Shown piece by piece: positions 36,909 through 47,211 of a DNA stretch of 64,000 nucleotides. The notes under the pieces are model-generated. The model had not been told where the DNA came from, ran no database searches, and saw only the letters and a program-made list of their open reading frames with translations. The stretch is taken from assembly GCA_002778465.1 (NCBI GenBank), contig PFBV01000001.1:4150-68149 (forward strand), given 5' to 3'. The translations under genes and the position numbers were made by a program. Source of the stretch: Candidatus Magasanikbacteria bacterium CG10_big_fil_rev_8_21_14_0_10_36_32 (GTDB lineage Bacteria > Patescibacteriota > Patescibacteriia > Magasanikbacterales > GWA2-37-8). Position 1 is the first letter of the stretch; every line of letters starts with the position of its first letter.

Positions 36909-37388
36909 TCAGTTTAACTGAATTTCTAAGATTTTGTATGTTTGAGGTCCGGACGGAGTGATAACTTCCACTTTATCCCCCTTTTTACGGCCTATAAAAG
37001 CGTCTCCTAAGGGCGATTCATTAGAAATCATACCTTTTGAAGGGTTAGCTTCTTGTTGCCCCACAATCGTAAATTCTTTGGTTTTACCATTTAACTCAGC
37101 TACTACCGTACAACCGACGGAGACCTCACTGCTCTTTCGCGCACTGTCATCAATTACTTCTGAAATATGAAAAATATGCTCCAATTCCAACAAGCGGCCT
37201 TGTGCCCAAGCCATATCTTCTTTTGCCTGATGATACTCAGCATTTTCCGATAAGTCGCCTTGTTGTTTTGCTTCGTTAATACGATCAGCAATTTCAGGAA
37301 TTTTTTTTATTTTTAATGTTTCGTATTCGGCTTTTAATTTTTTTAAGCTTGACTCAGTCAAATATTTTTTTGGTTCATCATCAATCAT
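36909..37388 (-). CDS. greA: transcription elongation factor GreA
   Basis: An N-terminal coiled coil followed by a C-terminal FKBP-like domain; 159 aa. Confidence 0.9.
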   Translation of the reverse strand: MIDDEPKKYLTESSLKKLKAEYETLKIKKIPEIADRINEAKQQGDLSENAEYHQAKEDMAWAQGRLLELEHIFHISEVIDDSARKSSEVSVGCTVVAELNGKTKEFTIVGQQEANPSKGMISNESPLGDAFIGRKKGDKVEVITPSGPQTYKILEIQLN

Positions 37389-37436
37389 AGGTATTTATTT
37401 TTTAAACAAGATTAAAATTATATCACGTGACTATTT

Positions 37437-39425
37437 TTATTTCAAATACTTTTTCCCCCACCAAGATAAGAAATTTCGGGCTATCGGCATAGCCGCAGAA
37501 CTCCCCTCTCCGCCTTCTTCGACCAGCACAGTGACTACAATTTGTGGTTTGTCATACGGCGCAAAAGAAGTAAACCAAGCATGGTTGTTTTTTCCGGTTA
37601 CCCATTGCGCCGTACCGGTTTTACCGGCAGCTAAAAAAGGCAGGGTGCTTAATAGATGACAACTGCCGTACACGACGCACTCTCTCATTCCAACTTTAAC
37701 AACATTAATATTTTCATCGGAAATAAAATTATCATTCATAATGACCGGATTTTTTAACGTGGCTTCTTTTGTCACAGGATTTACAATTGCTTTTACAAAA
37801 TGTGGCCGGTAAACCGTTCCCCCATTGGCTATAGCCGCTGTCCAATTAGCCACTTGTAACGGGGTGACCAAGACATCGCCCTGTCCGATAGACAAGTTAT
37901 AGGTATCACCAACATACCAGCGTTCATTTTTAGTTTCTTCCTTCCAATCTTTTGAAGGCAAGAATCCACTGTTTTCACCAGGCAAATCAACTCCTGTTTT
38001 TTCAGCTAAACCAAATTTTTTTAAATACTCCACAATTTTATCTGCTCCCAGACCCGTGAAATTTCCATAACCGCCTCCAATGTAATAAAAAAATGTATTT
38101 ACCGACCAAGCAATAGCTTTAGTTACATTAGTCGTGCCGTGTCCGCCGGGCAGCCAATCAGGAAAAAACCATTTGTCAATTTGTAAACCGCCACTACTTA
38201 AAAAAGCGGTATAACGATTAATTATCTTTTCTTGAAGAGCGGCGGCTGAAATCATTATTTTAATTGTTGAACCGGAAGGATAAGTTCCGGCAATGGCACG
38301 GTTGTAAAGCGGGTGATCGGGATCTTCAATATATTTTTTATATTGCTCAGTGGAAATTCCGCCGGCAAAATCATTATTGTTAAAAGACGGCCAGCTGACC
38401 ATGGCAATAATTTCTCCATTTTGAGGATTGATAGCAATACCTGCTGCTCGTTTTTTCCCCATATTTTTCAAGGCGTCTTTAATGTAGGTTTCCATTTTTT
38501 CTTGAGCTTCTAAATCCAAAGATAATATTAAATTTTGTCCAGGTACTGGGGGTTCTTCGGCCAGCATGCTCTGTTCTTGTCCAAGCGCGTTTACTTCCAC
38601 TTTTTTTCGTCCATATTGTCCGCGCAATTCAGTTTCATATTCTTTTTCCAATCCCACGCGTCCAATATAATCAGATAATAAATACCCGCCGGTTTTTTTA
38701 AGGGTATTCATTTCCTCATCATTTAATTTACCTAAATAACCGATAATATGAGATAAACTGTAAAATCGATTGATCAAATCGCCAGTTGCATATCCCGTCG
38801 CATATTGCCGCTTAGTTCCTTTTTGAATTAAAATTCCTGGCAAATTAGCATTCTGTACATAAAATTGAAGAGCCGAATCATAATCAAGATTTTCTTTAAC
38901 AACTAAAGATTCATAACTGTAAGAACTGTATTTGTGAACTAGTGATGTGATTTCGGTTTCAGACACGCCGGCGATTTGTGAAATTTGGCTAATAATTTTT
39001 TTTCTTTCATTTTCATCTTTTGGAAAATCCTGAGGAACAATTGACAGAGAAAAACTCGGGACATTTTGAATAAGTTGATTTCCGTAACTGTCATATATCA
39101 GTCCCCTCTCGGAAGGAATTGGTTTGATGCGCAAACGATTATTTTCAGCCAGGTTAGTATAATAATTTCCGCGGATGATCTGTAGATAAAAAACACGCCC
39201 AAATATAATTGATAAACCCAAAATAATCAAGACAATAAAAATTTTTATCTTTTTTTCAGTAATAGTCGGTGCGATAAAATTGCGAGTTTCGGGAGTTTTT
39301 AATTGATTATTAGCTGTTTGTTCAAAATTAAAAGATTCCTCTACCCAGGATTTTTTGTATTTTCCTTTCAAATCATTATTACTAACCTTGCTGGTATAAA
39401 AATCAAAAAATTCATCCTTCTTCAT
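37437..39425 (-). CDS. mrdA: penicillin-binding protein 2 (peptidoglycan D,D-transpeptidase)
   Basis: STIK (SxxK), SGN-like and KTGTA motifs. It lies downstream of mreBCD. Confidence 0.85.
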   Translation of the reverse strand: MKKDEFFDFYTSKVSNNDLKGKYKKSWVEESFNFEQTANNQLKTPETRNFIAPTITEKKIKIFIVLIILGLSIIFGRVFYLQIIRGNYYTNLAENNRLRIKPIPSERGLIYDSYGNQLIQNVPSFSLSIVPQDFPKDENERKKIISQISQIAGVSETEITSLVHKYSSYSYESLVVKENLDYDSALQFYVQNANLPGILIQKGTKRQYATGYATGDLINRFYSLSHIIGYLGKLNDEEMNTLKKTGGYLLSDYIGRVGLEKEYETELRGQYGRKKVEVNALGQEQSMLAEEPPVPGQNLILSLDLEAQEKMETYIKDALKNMGKKRAAGIAINPQNGEIIAMVSWPSFNNNDFAGGISTEQYKKYIEDPDHPLYNRAIAGTYPSGSTIKIMISAAALQEKIINRYTAFLSSGGLQIDKWFFPDWLPGGHGTTNVTKAIAWSVNTFFYYIGGGYGNFTGLGADKIVEYLKKFGLAEKTGVDLPGENSGFLPSKDWKEETKNERWYVGDTYNLSIGQGDVLVTPLQVANWTAAIANGGTVYRPHFVKAIVNPVTKEATLKNPVIMNDNFISDENINVVKVGMRECVVYGSCHLLSTLPFLAAGKTGTAQWVTGKNNHAWFTSFAPYDKPQIVVTVLVEEGGEGSSAAMPIARNFLSWWGKKYLK

Positions 39426-39958
39426 ATGTGGCGGTCGCTTAAATATTTAGGATTAAATTTTTTAATAAAAAAGAAATGTATAAAATAAAATCCTGTCATT
39501 AGGATTGAGGTAAATAAAATTTCTACGCCGACATCAAGAAAAAATTTAGAAACGCCGATTTTGACATGGTAAAAGAAAAAATTTATAAAATAAATTAGCG
39601 TTATAAAAACTAATCGATAAATTGCCAAACTGACAGCAGAAGATAAAAATACTATATAAACCGAACGATTGGTAAAAAGATTGTCCAGCAACCATTTAGT
39701 TGAGATTAAACTTACAAAGAGAGAAATTGAATTTATTCCAAATGGAGCAGAGGTGAACAATTCCATCAAAAATGCCAGCGGTAACATGTACCAAATAGCT
39801 CGCGGACGGTTGTTGAAAAATATTTGCCAAGCCAATATTAAAAAAATTACATTAATGTTATTAAATGGATAAGGCAAAGTATTGGCCACCCCAATATGCA
39901 ATACGAAAATGGTAAAAATCAAAATAATGATGGCTAACGCCTTTAAAAAATATTTCAT
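39422..39958 (-). CDS. mreD: rod shape-determining protein MreD
   Basis: A polytopic membrane protein in the canonical position between mreC and PBP2. Confidence 0.55.
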   Translation of the reverse strand: MKYFLKALAIIILIFTIFVLHIGVANTLPYPFNNINVIFLILAWQIFFNNRPRAIWYMLPLAFLMELFTSAPFGINSISLFVSLISTKWLLDNLFTNRSVYIVFLSSAVSLAIYRLVFITLIYFINFFFYHVKIGVSKFFLDVGVEILFTSILMTGFYFIHFFFIKKFNPKYLSDRHI

Positions 39959-39967
39959 AAGCCGTCA

Positions 39968-40771
39968 TTAGTTGGTTAAAAGCACGCTGACAATATAAGG
40001 TTTTGACAAATCTGTGCTGGGAGTTAAAATTGCTTCTTGAAACGGCTGGTAAGATTCATTCTCCACCGCTGTAATATTTCCAATTAAAAGACCACGGGGA
40101 ATATTCATTTCTAAACCGGATGTGATTATTTGATCGCCAATAACAACTACTTCATTCCGTGGAATAAAATTCATTTTTACACTCAAACCATATCCTCCTT
40201 CCACTACTCCCAAACTATGATCATGATTTAAAACTGTAGCAGCAATTTTTAATTGACTATCATTTATCAACCGAACTATAGATATATCTTTTTCAGCTTT
40301 AATAATTTTGCCGATTAGAATACCGTTACCAACTATTACCGGCTGATCAATTTTTGTTCCGGCTTCCGAACCCTTATCTATAATAATGGTTTTTTCCGCT
40401 CCCTCAACATTTTTTCCAATTACTTGAGCCCCAAGAACAAGAATATCTGATTGGTCTTTGAAATTTAGCAATTGCCGCAATTCTGAGTTTTCATTTTCCA
40501 ATGTTTTAATTTGTGCTTCAATCAATTGCTTGTCTTGTCGGTCAGCTTCACACTCGCGATAGGTATCAAAGAAAGTTTCCTTATCTTTAAAAAACGCATA
40601 ACCATCTTTTAAACCAACACTAAATTGGGCTGATTTTACAAAAATTGGCACAAAAATAGCGCGAATACCAGATTTAATCGGATTTAACCAACCTAAATAA
40701 TTAAAAAAAATAAGGACGACAAAGATTGTCCCTAAGTAAAAGTAGGTTTTTTTTTCTAAATTCCGAAACAT
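39968..40771 (-). CDS. mreC: rod shape-determining protein MreC
   Basis: An N-terminal TM and coiled coil (QLKTLENENSELRQ), followed by a beta-rich C-terminus. Confidence 0.8.
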   Translation of the reverse strand: MFRNLEKKTYFYLGTIFVVLIFFNYLGWLNPIKSGIRAIFVPIFVKSAQFSVGLKDGYAFFKDKETFFDTYRECEADRQDKQLIEAQIKTLENENSELRQLLNFKDQSDILVLGAQVIGKNVEGAEKTIIIDKGSEAGTKIDQPVIVGNGILIGKIIKAEKDISIVRLINDSQLKIAATVLNHDHSLGVVEGGYGLSVKMNFIPRNEVVVIGDQIITSGLEMNIPRGLLIGNITAVENESYQPFQEAILTPSTDLSKPYIVSVLLTN

Positions 40772-40774
40772 ATT

Positions 40775-41827
40775 TTAATTTTTTCTTCTGTCACGAACTG
40801 GGTAAACGGCTACCTCGTCTAACAATTCTTGATTATCTAAAAGTAAACCCGTACCGCGCACCACCGCTGTCAGCGGATCGTCGGCAATTCTAACTGGAAT
40901 ATTTGTGGCTTGCGCTATCAAATGATCAATCCCCCGTAACAACGCGCCTCCGCCCGACAATAAAATACCGCGTTCATGTATATCAGCAATCAATTCTGGC
41001 GGGGTTACTTCTAAGGTGGCTTTTATATTATCAACTATTGTTCTGAGGGATTTAAATATAGCCTCGCGTACCTGCGCGTCGGTTATCATTATTTCTTTTG
41101 GTAAACCGGTTAATAAATCTCTTCCACGCATTGAGTATTCCATTCTTTCGATACCCTCAACCGCTGAACCGATTCTAATTTTAATTTCTTCTGCCTGTCT
41201 TTCGCCTACTAATAAATTAAAATTATCGCGGGCATATTGTATGATATTGCTGTTAAACTCATCGCCAGCGATTTTAATTGATTTCCATTTAACAATGCCG
41301 CTCAATGAAATAACGGCGATTTCAGTAGTTCCTCCACCAATGTCCACAATAAAATTACCAACAGGTTCTTGTACTGGCATTCTTGAACCTATTGCCGCTG
41401 CCATTGGTTCTTCAACAATAAAAACGTGACTGGCACCGGCATTTAACGCGGCATCGCTAACCGCTTTTCTTTCAACCTCGGTTAAATCCAATGGCGCCCC
41501 AATTATTACCCTAGGGCGAGAAATAAAATTAAAAGTACCTTCATTCACTTTTTCTATAAAATAACCAAGCATTTTTTCAGTTGCTTCAAAATCTGAAATA
41601 ATGCCATTGGTTAACGGTCGAGCTGTAGAAATATGTGGTGGATTTTTTCCAAGCATCTCTTTAGCTTCATTTCCAACAGCTAAAATCTGCTCGGTGCGCA
41701 TATTGATGGAAACAACGCTCGGTTCATTTATAACTACTCCTTTGCCCTTAACATAAACCAAAGTATTGGCTGTGCCCAAATCCACACCCAAATCTTTTTT
41801 AAAATGTTCTAAAAGATTTTTAAACAT
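40775..41827 (-). CDS. mreB: rod shape-determining protein MreB
   Basis: An actin-fold ATPase with DLGTANTLVY, the central GEPMAAAIG-type PMAAAIG motif and the C-terminal DPLTAVVRGTG. Confidence 0.9.
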   Translation of the reverse strand: MFKNLLEHFKKDLGVDLGTANTLVYVKGKGVVINEPSVVSINMRTEQILAVGNEAKEMLGKNPPHISTARPLTNGIISDFEATEKMLGYFIEKVNEGTFNFISRPRVIIGAPLDLTEVERKAVSDAALNAGASHVFIVEEPMAAAIGSRMPVQEPVGNFIVDIGGGTTEIAVISLSGIVKWKSIKIAGDEFNSNIIQYARDNFNLLVGERQAEEIKIRIGSAVEGIERMEYSMRGRDLLTGLPKEIMITDAQVREAIFKSLRTIVDNIKATLEVTPPELIADIHERGILLSGGGALLRGIDHLIAQATNIPVRIADDPLTAVVRGTGLLLDNQELLDEVAVYPVRDRRKN

Positions 41828-42218
41828 AGTTGTGATTTTGATGTTTTCTGTTGGTAAAAATTATTCCTTCAATAAATAAATAAAGCGCGGACAACAAGAC
41901 AAAATTCCACCATGTCAACAGGTTGTGCTGCAACAACATTAAGGTTGTAATTACAAAAACTGATAAAATAAATCCCTGCTTGAAAGTTTTTTTAATATGC
42001 CTAAATACTAATTCGTCGTTTTGCGTCAATTTCATCCTAATTAAAAACCCAATCGTTGAAACGGTTCCAAGAATAGATAAGAATAAAGAAATGTAAAAAA
42101 TAAACAAACCAATAGCGCCAACGGTGTTCGGATCAAAATAAAAAATAGTTAAAATCCAAACGCTCCAGCTTAAAGCGGTAGCTGCCGCCATAGTCATTAA
42201 ATATTGGCGCAAAGACAT
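41820..42218 (-). CDS. hypothetical membrane protein (4 TM)
   Basis: A hydrophobic 132-aa ORF upstream of mreB. Confidence 0.4.
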   Translation of the reverse strand: MSLRQYLMTMAAATALSWSVWILTIFYFDPNTVGAIGLFIFYISLFLSILGTVSTIGFLIRMKLTQNDELVFRHIKKTFKQGFILSVFVITTLMLLQHNLLTWWNFVLLSALYLFIEGIIFTNRKHQNHNYV

Positions 42219-42304
42219 AATTAAGCCGATAAATTAATTAACTAAAACATCTCAGTCTAATAAGTAGAATAACAAATTCCGCATTATTTGGCAAGGTAGC
42301 TTGT

Positions 42305-42595
42305 TTAAGCGGTATATTTTATTTTAATCACAGTGCCCAAACCGAATTTTGCGTTTATTTTAGCTAAAATATTTGTTTCATTCAATCTTATTTCTTGGGC
42401 TGCCACTGATCCCTGACAACGAAAAGTTAGCACTTTGTTTTTAATATAAGCAGCTGAAACATAATTTTTTATTTCTTCTCCAAATAATTCCGCCAATATT
42501 TTATCCGTTTCCTCAATAGTAATTGACGTTAAAGCGCCGCGTAAAACCGGCGACTCACTTTTTTTCTGTTGCAAGATGTTAAAGATTGATTTCAT
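42305..42595 (-). CDS. DUF721 (DciA-like) protein
   Basis: A ~96-aa protein with the DUF721-like pattern (LTFRCQGSVAAQEIRLNETNIL). The family call is tentative. Confidence 0.45.
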   Translation of the reverse strand: MKSIFNILQQKKSESPVLRGALTSITIEETDKILAELFGEEIKNYVSAAYIKNKVLTFRCQGSVAAQEIRLNETNILAKINAKFGLGTVIKIKYTA

Positions 42596-45534
42596 GCCCG
42601 ATATTCACAAATATTTTTAAAATCACAATAATCACAGGTGTGTTTTTCCGGCGTAGGTTTAAAATTAAGCGATTGAATACGATCAATAATGGCTGTAATT
42701 TTTTCAGTTAGTTTGGCAATTTCTTTATCATTTCCCAAAAAAGAAATTTTAGTATTATCATTAAGGTAATAATATGTCAGCTGTCCAGATTCTCCCAATT
42801 CACTAAATTCCGGTAATTGTTTTAGAGCGATTTGATAGATTAACAATTGATTTTTGTCTTCCCCGGTGACAGTCTCTTTGCTTTTTCCGGTTTTGTAATC
42901 AATAATTTCCAATCGTCCATCGGACATTTTATCCACACGGTCAATTCGTCCGTGCAACAGATAGGGGCCAATTTTAATTTTAAACCAACTTTCTAAAGCA
43001 ATCGGTACGGTCCATTTATTTTCATGCGTTTTATAAAATTCACGCAAAATTTCTTTTCCTTTAGAAAAATAATCCTCGCGTTGTTTTTTGTTTTTATACC
43101 AATCACCTATCCAATTTTCTTCGTATATTTTTAATAATTCATCCAGAGATGGAACCTTAACATTGCTCAGATTAATGTTTGTTTTAGACGGTTCACCGAA
43201 TAATGAATCCTGTTGGACAGAGTTTAATTCACGAATGCGAATATAAAATTTTTGAAACACCAGATGCATACTTTGTCCAAAACTGAAACTCGGACTTCCT
43301 TCAGTCGGTAATTTTATTATATTGGATAATTTATATTGATAAGGACAAGTATCGTAAGCTTTAATTTGCGAAAACGAAAAAGCTTTCGGCAATTCATAAA
43401 CAAATTGACCTTTATTATCCTCAATTTTTTCGCCAATAGAATTTTTTAATATTTTTTTAGATTTTTTTTCTGTTTTAGCAATTGCCGCTGAAAAATCTAT
43501 CTCGTTTAAAAATCGGCTAATTTTTTTATTTCTTAAACCGCCATAATCATCCGCGCCAGTTAAATATAACTTTTCTTTTGCCCGGGTCATAGCTACATAA
43601 AACAATCTGCGTTCCTCTTGATAATGACTATCCCCTTCCGGCAATTGTTCTTTGATTAATTTTTCAGGAACTTCAATTCCATTGCCGCGGGAACGGGTCG
43701 GAAATCGTTCTTCCACCAAATTAACCATAAAGACATACTTAAATTCTAAACCTTTGGCGGTATGAACGGTCATAATGTTTACAGAATCGGGATTATCGGA
43801 TGGTTGTTTCATAATTCCCAATTCACCGGACTCAATAATGTTGTTGAAGTGTTCTAAAAATTCAAATATCCTCGCCGAAGGAGTGATTGATTCATACTTA
43901 GCGATATATTCAAAAAATTGTTTTAACTGATAAATTTGCCGAATAATTTTACGTTCGCCATGATCTTCACCTTGGGTTAAAAATTTTAAATAACCGCTTT
44001 TGTCCAAAAAAGAATAAAGCACGGCAGTTGGTTTTTCGTTTTGTGCTTGTTTGGCACCATCATTTATCAAATTAACCAGTTTGTCACAATTGACAACACC
44101 TTCTTGAGATACTTCAATTTCTGCAGCCCGCTTTAATACTTCAAATAAAGGTAAGCTTTTTTGTTTGGCAAAATAGGTTAATTTTTGAATGTCGCTTTCC
44201 TTAAAATTAAACACAGGCATTCGTATTAGTCGGTAAACTGATTTAGATTCATGATAATTATCAAGAATTTTAAAAAAATTAATACAGTCAACTACAATGG
44301 GCTGACAATAAAGACCGGCGGCGGCTAAAAATTCATAAGGTATTCCGTGATTTTCCAATGCATTAATAAATAGTTCAGCATGGCTGTTGGCGCGAACCAA
44401 AATAGCAAAATCGTCCCAAACAGATTTTTTGTCTGTTTTTTTGATTTTAATTATTTCTTTTGTCACACTCTCCGCTTCTTCATCAGCAGTGGCCGAATGA
44501 ATATGTATAACTTCCGATTTTAAATCTTTAAATTTAGAGATTAAACGCTTATTAATTTTTAATTTGGTTTCAAGTCTGTCCGGATCATTATTTTTTATCA
44601 GTTTATAAGAGGTATCTAATATGTTCTGTCCGGATCGATAATTTTCAGTCAAAATAATTTCTTTGGCATCGAAAAAATCATCTTTAAATCGCAAAATATT
44701 GGAAACTGAAGCGCCGCGAAAAGCGTAAATACTCTGATCGTCATCACCAACGACCGAGAGTTGCGCTCCGGCAGCGGATAATTGTCGTATTAATGAATAT
44801 TGCGCCCAATTAACATCTTGGAATTCATCTACTAAAATAAATTTAAAACGATTTTGTAAAAGCTTTAAAATTTGTGGACGTTTTTCCAACAAAAGATTGC
44901 TATAAAAAATTAAATCTCCAAAATCCAGAGCATTATTTTCTAACAGTAATTGATTGTAAATATGGTAAGCGTCAGCTATCTCAGACAATCTGTTTTTTTC
45001 GTCAATATTTACCTGATCTTTGTCCAACTTCAAGTTTTCAGCATATTCAAGATAATTCTCAGGAGAAATCATTTCATCTTTACACTTGGAAAAATGTTTG
45101 ATTAATTCATGAATATGTTTAGTTGGATTACCCATCGGCCGATAATAATCAAGGTTAAATTTATCCAAATTGTTATGGATTAACAACCATGCGTCAGTTG
45201 GTGTAATGATTTTAAAATTAGTCGATAAACCAATATCTAAACCATGCCATTCTAACAATTTTTGGCAAAAAGCGTGGAAAGTGGATATTTGCAAATCAGC
45301 ATAACCAATGTCCAAATCCTCGTCTAATCTGTTTTGCATTTCAGCTGCGGCTTTTTCATTAAAAGTCAACGCTAAAATTTCTTCAGGTTTAGCGAGTTTT
45401 TTATCTAATAAATATTTTATTTTTTGCGTTACCACTGTGGTTTTACCTGTTCCGGCACCTGCCACAATAATCAAGGGTCCGGATACATATTCCACAGCTT
45501 GTTTTTGCGCGGCATTTAAAATGCGTTTGGTCAT
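42592..45534 (-). CDS. UvrD/PcrA-family helicase fused to C-terminal PD-(D/E)xK (RecB/Cas4-like) nuclease with Cys cluster
   Basis: An N-terminal GAGTGKT Walker A and UvrD motifs. The C-terminus has RIDRVD...EIIDYKTGK plus a C...CDYCDFKNIC cluster. Confidence 0.8.
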   Translation of the reverse strand: MTKRILNAAQKQAVEYVSGPLIIVAGAGTGKTTVVTQKIKYLLDKKLAKPEEILALTFNEKAAAEMQNRLDEDLDIGYADLQISTFHAFCQKLLEWHGLDIGLSTNFKIITPTDAWLLIHNNLDKFNLDYYRPMGNPTKHIHELIKHFSKCKDEMISPENYLEYAENLKLDKDQVNIDEKNRLSEIADAYHIYNQLLLENNALDFGDLIFYSNLLLEKRPQILKLLQNRFKFILVDEFQDVNWAQYSLIRQLSAAGAQLSVVGDDDQSIYAFRGASVSNILRFKDDFFDAKEIILTENYRSGQNILDTSYKLIKNNDPDRLETKLKINKRLISKFKDLKSEVIHIHSATADEEAESVTKEIIKIKKTDKKSVWDDFAILVRANSHAELFINALENHGIPYEFLAAAGLYCQPIVVDCINFFKILDNYHESKSVYRLIRMPVFNFKESDIQKLTYFAKQKSLPLFEVLKRAAEIEVSQEGVVNCDKLVNLINDGAKQAQNEKPTAVLYSFLDKSGYLKFLTQGEDHGERKIIRQIYQLKQFFEYIAKYESITPSARIFEFLEHFNNIIESGELGIMKQPSDNPDSVNIMTVHTAKGLEFKYVFMVNLVEERFPTRSRGNGIEVPEKLIKEQLPEGDSHYQEERRLFYVAMTRAKEKLYLTGADDYGGLRNKKISRFLNEIDFSAAIAKTEKKSKKILKNSIGEKIEDNKGQFVYELPKAFSFSQIKAYDTCPYQYKLSNIIKLPTEGSPSFSFGQSMHLVFQKFYIRIRELNSVQQDSLFGEPSKTNINLSNVKVPSLDELLKIYEENWIGDWYKNKKQREDYFSKGKEILREFYKTHENKWTVPIALESWFKIKIGPYLLHGRIDRVDKMSDGRLEIIDYKTGKSKETVTGEDKNQLLIYQIALKQLPEFSELGESGQLTYYYLNDNTKISFLGNDKEIAKLTEKITAIIDRIQSLNFKPTPEKHTCDYCDFKNICEYRA

Positions 45535-45621
45535 ACTTTAATTTAAAAAATTATCCATTCTGATGGACATAATGATTTTGAATTTATATTTGGTTAATTA
45601 ACTTGTAACCAACTTGGCTTG

Positions 45622-45759
45622 TTAGCAATTGTCACAACTGCAATCGGTTTCGCAAGAGCATTCTTTACCCTCACCACAACCACAATCGCAACCGGCTTCA
45701 CAACCACAGTCGCATTTTTCCTCTACCTTTTTTTCTTCACATCCACAGTCTTTACACAT
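45622..45759 (-). CDS. metallothionein-like Cys-rich small protein (45 aa, 15 Cys)
   Basis: Not in the ORF track (<60 aa). The translation MCKDCGCEEKKVEEKCDCGCEAGCDCGCGEGKECSCETDCSCDNC has CxC/CxxxC repeats with mixed TGT/TGC codons. It lies between tatD and the helicase on the same strand. Confidence 0.45.
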   Translation of the reverse strand: MCKDCGCEEKKVEEKCDCGCEAGCDCGCGEGKECSCETDCSCDNC

Positions 45760-45786
45760 AGGCTTTTAAATTAAATAAATTAAATC

Positions 45787-46623
45787 TTATTTTATATTAA
45801 ACAATTTTAACGCGTTTGCAAAAGTAATTTCATTAACTTTATCATAACTGATTTTTTTAATTTCAGCAATTTTTTTAACCACTTCTTCCACCATCCAAGG
45901 TTCGCAACGTTGTCCGCGATAAGCTTGGGGAGCTAAATATGGCGCATCTGTTTCTGTTAAAATTCTTTCCAAGGGACAGTTTTGAACAGTTTCAATTAAA
46001 TCCGCTTGAATTTGAGGATCAGTTTTTTTTGCCGGAAAAGTAATCGTGGCGGTAAAACCTAAATGTAGTCCAAGTGATAAAAATTTTTCCGCGTTTCTCC
46101 AATTGCTTGAATAACAATGTACCACACCGCGAATTTTATATGGCAATTCTTCCAAAATTTTTATTGTTTCTTGGTAGGCGGATCTAACATGAATAACTAC
46201 CGGCAAACTTAACTCCTGCGCCAACTCAATTTGTTTAATAAAAGCCTCTTTTTGCAAAACAAAAGCTTCGTCCCGAGACATGTTGATCGGCAAATGATAA
46301 AAATCTAAACCACACTCCCCTATTGCTATAGTTTTTTTATGTTTTGCCAATTCACGATAAATATCAATGTCAAATTTTTCTTCTCGGCTTTTAAATTGAA
46401 TTTCTTCCTCATCAATTTCGGTTGAACATAAATGAATCGGATGTAATCCGACAGTAGCATAAACACCATCAAAACTTTCAGCAAATTTTACCGCTCGACG
46501 ACTGGTATCCAATTGAGAACCAACTGTATTTAAAATTATTTTTTTATCAGCGCATTTTTTTATTACTTCTGCGGAATCATCCTTAAAAGCGTTAAATTGC
46601 ACATGGCAGTGCGTATCCATCAT
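45787..46623 (-). CDS. tatD: TatD-family metal-dependent hydrolase/DNase
   Basis: The MMDTHCHVQF N-terminal His motif on a TIM-barrel hydrolase pattern. Confidence 0.85.
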   Translation of the reverse strand: MMDTHCHVQFNAFKDDSAEVIKKCADKKIILNTVGSQLDTSRRAVKFAESFDGVYATVGLHPIHLCSTEIDEEEIQFKSREEKFDIDIYRELAKHKKTIAIGECGLDFYHLPINMSRDEAFVLQKEAFIKQIELAQELSLPVVIHVRSAYQETIKILEELPYKIRGVVHCYSSNWRNAEKFLSLGLHLGFTATITFPAKKTDPQIQADLIETVQNCPLERILTETDAPYLAPQAYRGQRCEPWMVEEVVKKIAEIKKISYDKVNEITFANALKLFNIK

Positions 46624-46637
46624 AAAAATTAATCAGA

Positions 46638-47186
46638 TTATTTAACAATATCAACTGCGCTTTGAACAGCGCTATCAACAGTGGTTTGAACTGTTTTTAA
46701 TGCGTCAGGCAACAACGGCCATAATATTGAAGCCATTTTGGTTAAAGACGGGGCTATTTCCGATTCAGACAAATTGGTCATAAACCATTCGCTTAGAGGA
46801 AAATGAGCGATAAAATAAAATATTATACCTAAAACTAACGCGCCTTCAAACAAACCAAAAGCCAAGCCGAGAAGCCGATTTATTGATTTAATAAAAGGTA
46901 AACGTGTAATAATGCTTAAAATTTTATCCACAAACCAAAATCCCAAACCGACCAGTCTATTAATAATGATAAAAGCCAAAATAAACATTATTACTTTGGA
47001 AAAATTTCCACTCCAGCCGGTAAATTGCATCAACCAACCAGCCAACGGTTCGTAAAACCTCGCTGCCAAATAAACACCTAACACCGTACCTGCCAAAGAA
47101 CCCAATGTGTGTATCAGTCCAAACCATAGTCCGAATAAACCAAATCCGCCAATTATGATTACCACAACTAAATCAAAAAATGACAT
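46638..47186 (-). CDS. CvpA-family membrane protein
   Basis: A 4-TM, 182-aa protein with CvpA-like topology. Confidence 0.55.
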   Translation of the reverse strand: MSFFDLVVVIIIGGFGLFGLWFGLIHTLGSLAGTVLGVYLAARFYEPLAGWLMQFTGWSGNFSKVIMFILAFIIINRLVGLGFWFVDKILSIITRLPFIKSINRLLGLAFGLFEGALVLGIIFYFIAHFPLSEWFMTNLSESEIAPSLTKMASILWPLLPDALKTVQTTVDSAVQSAVDIVK

Positions 47187-47211
47187 ATGATTTAAATTTA
47201 AAAATAAAAAA

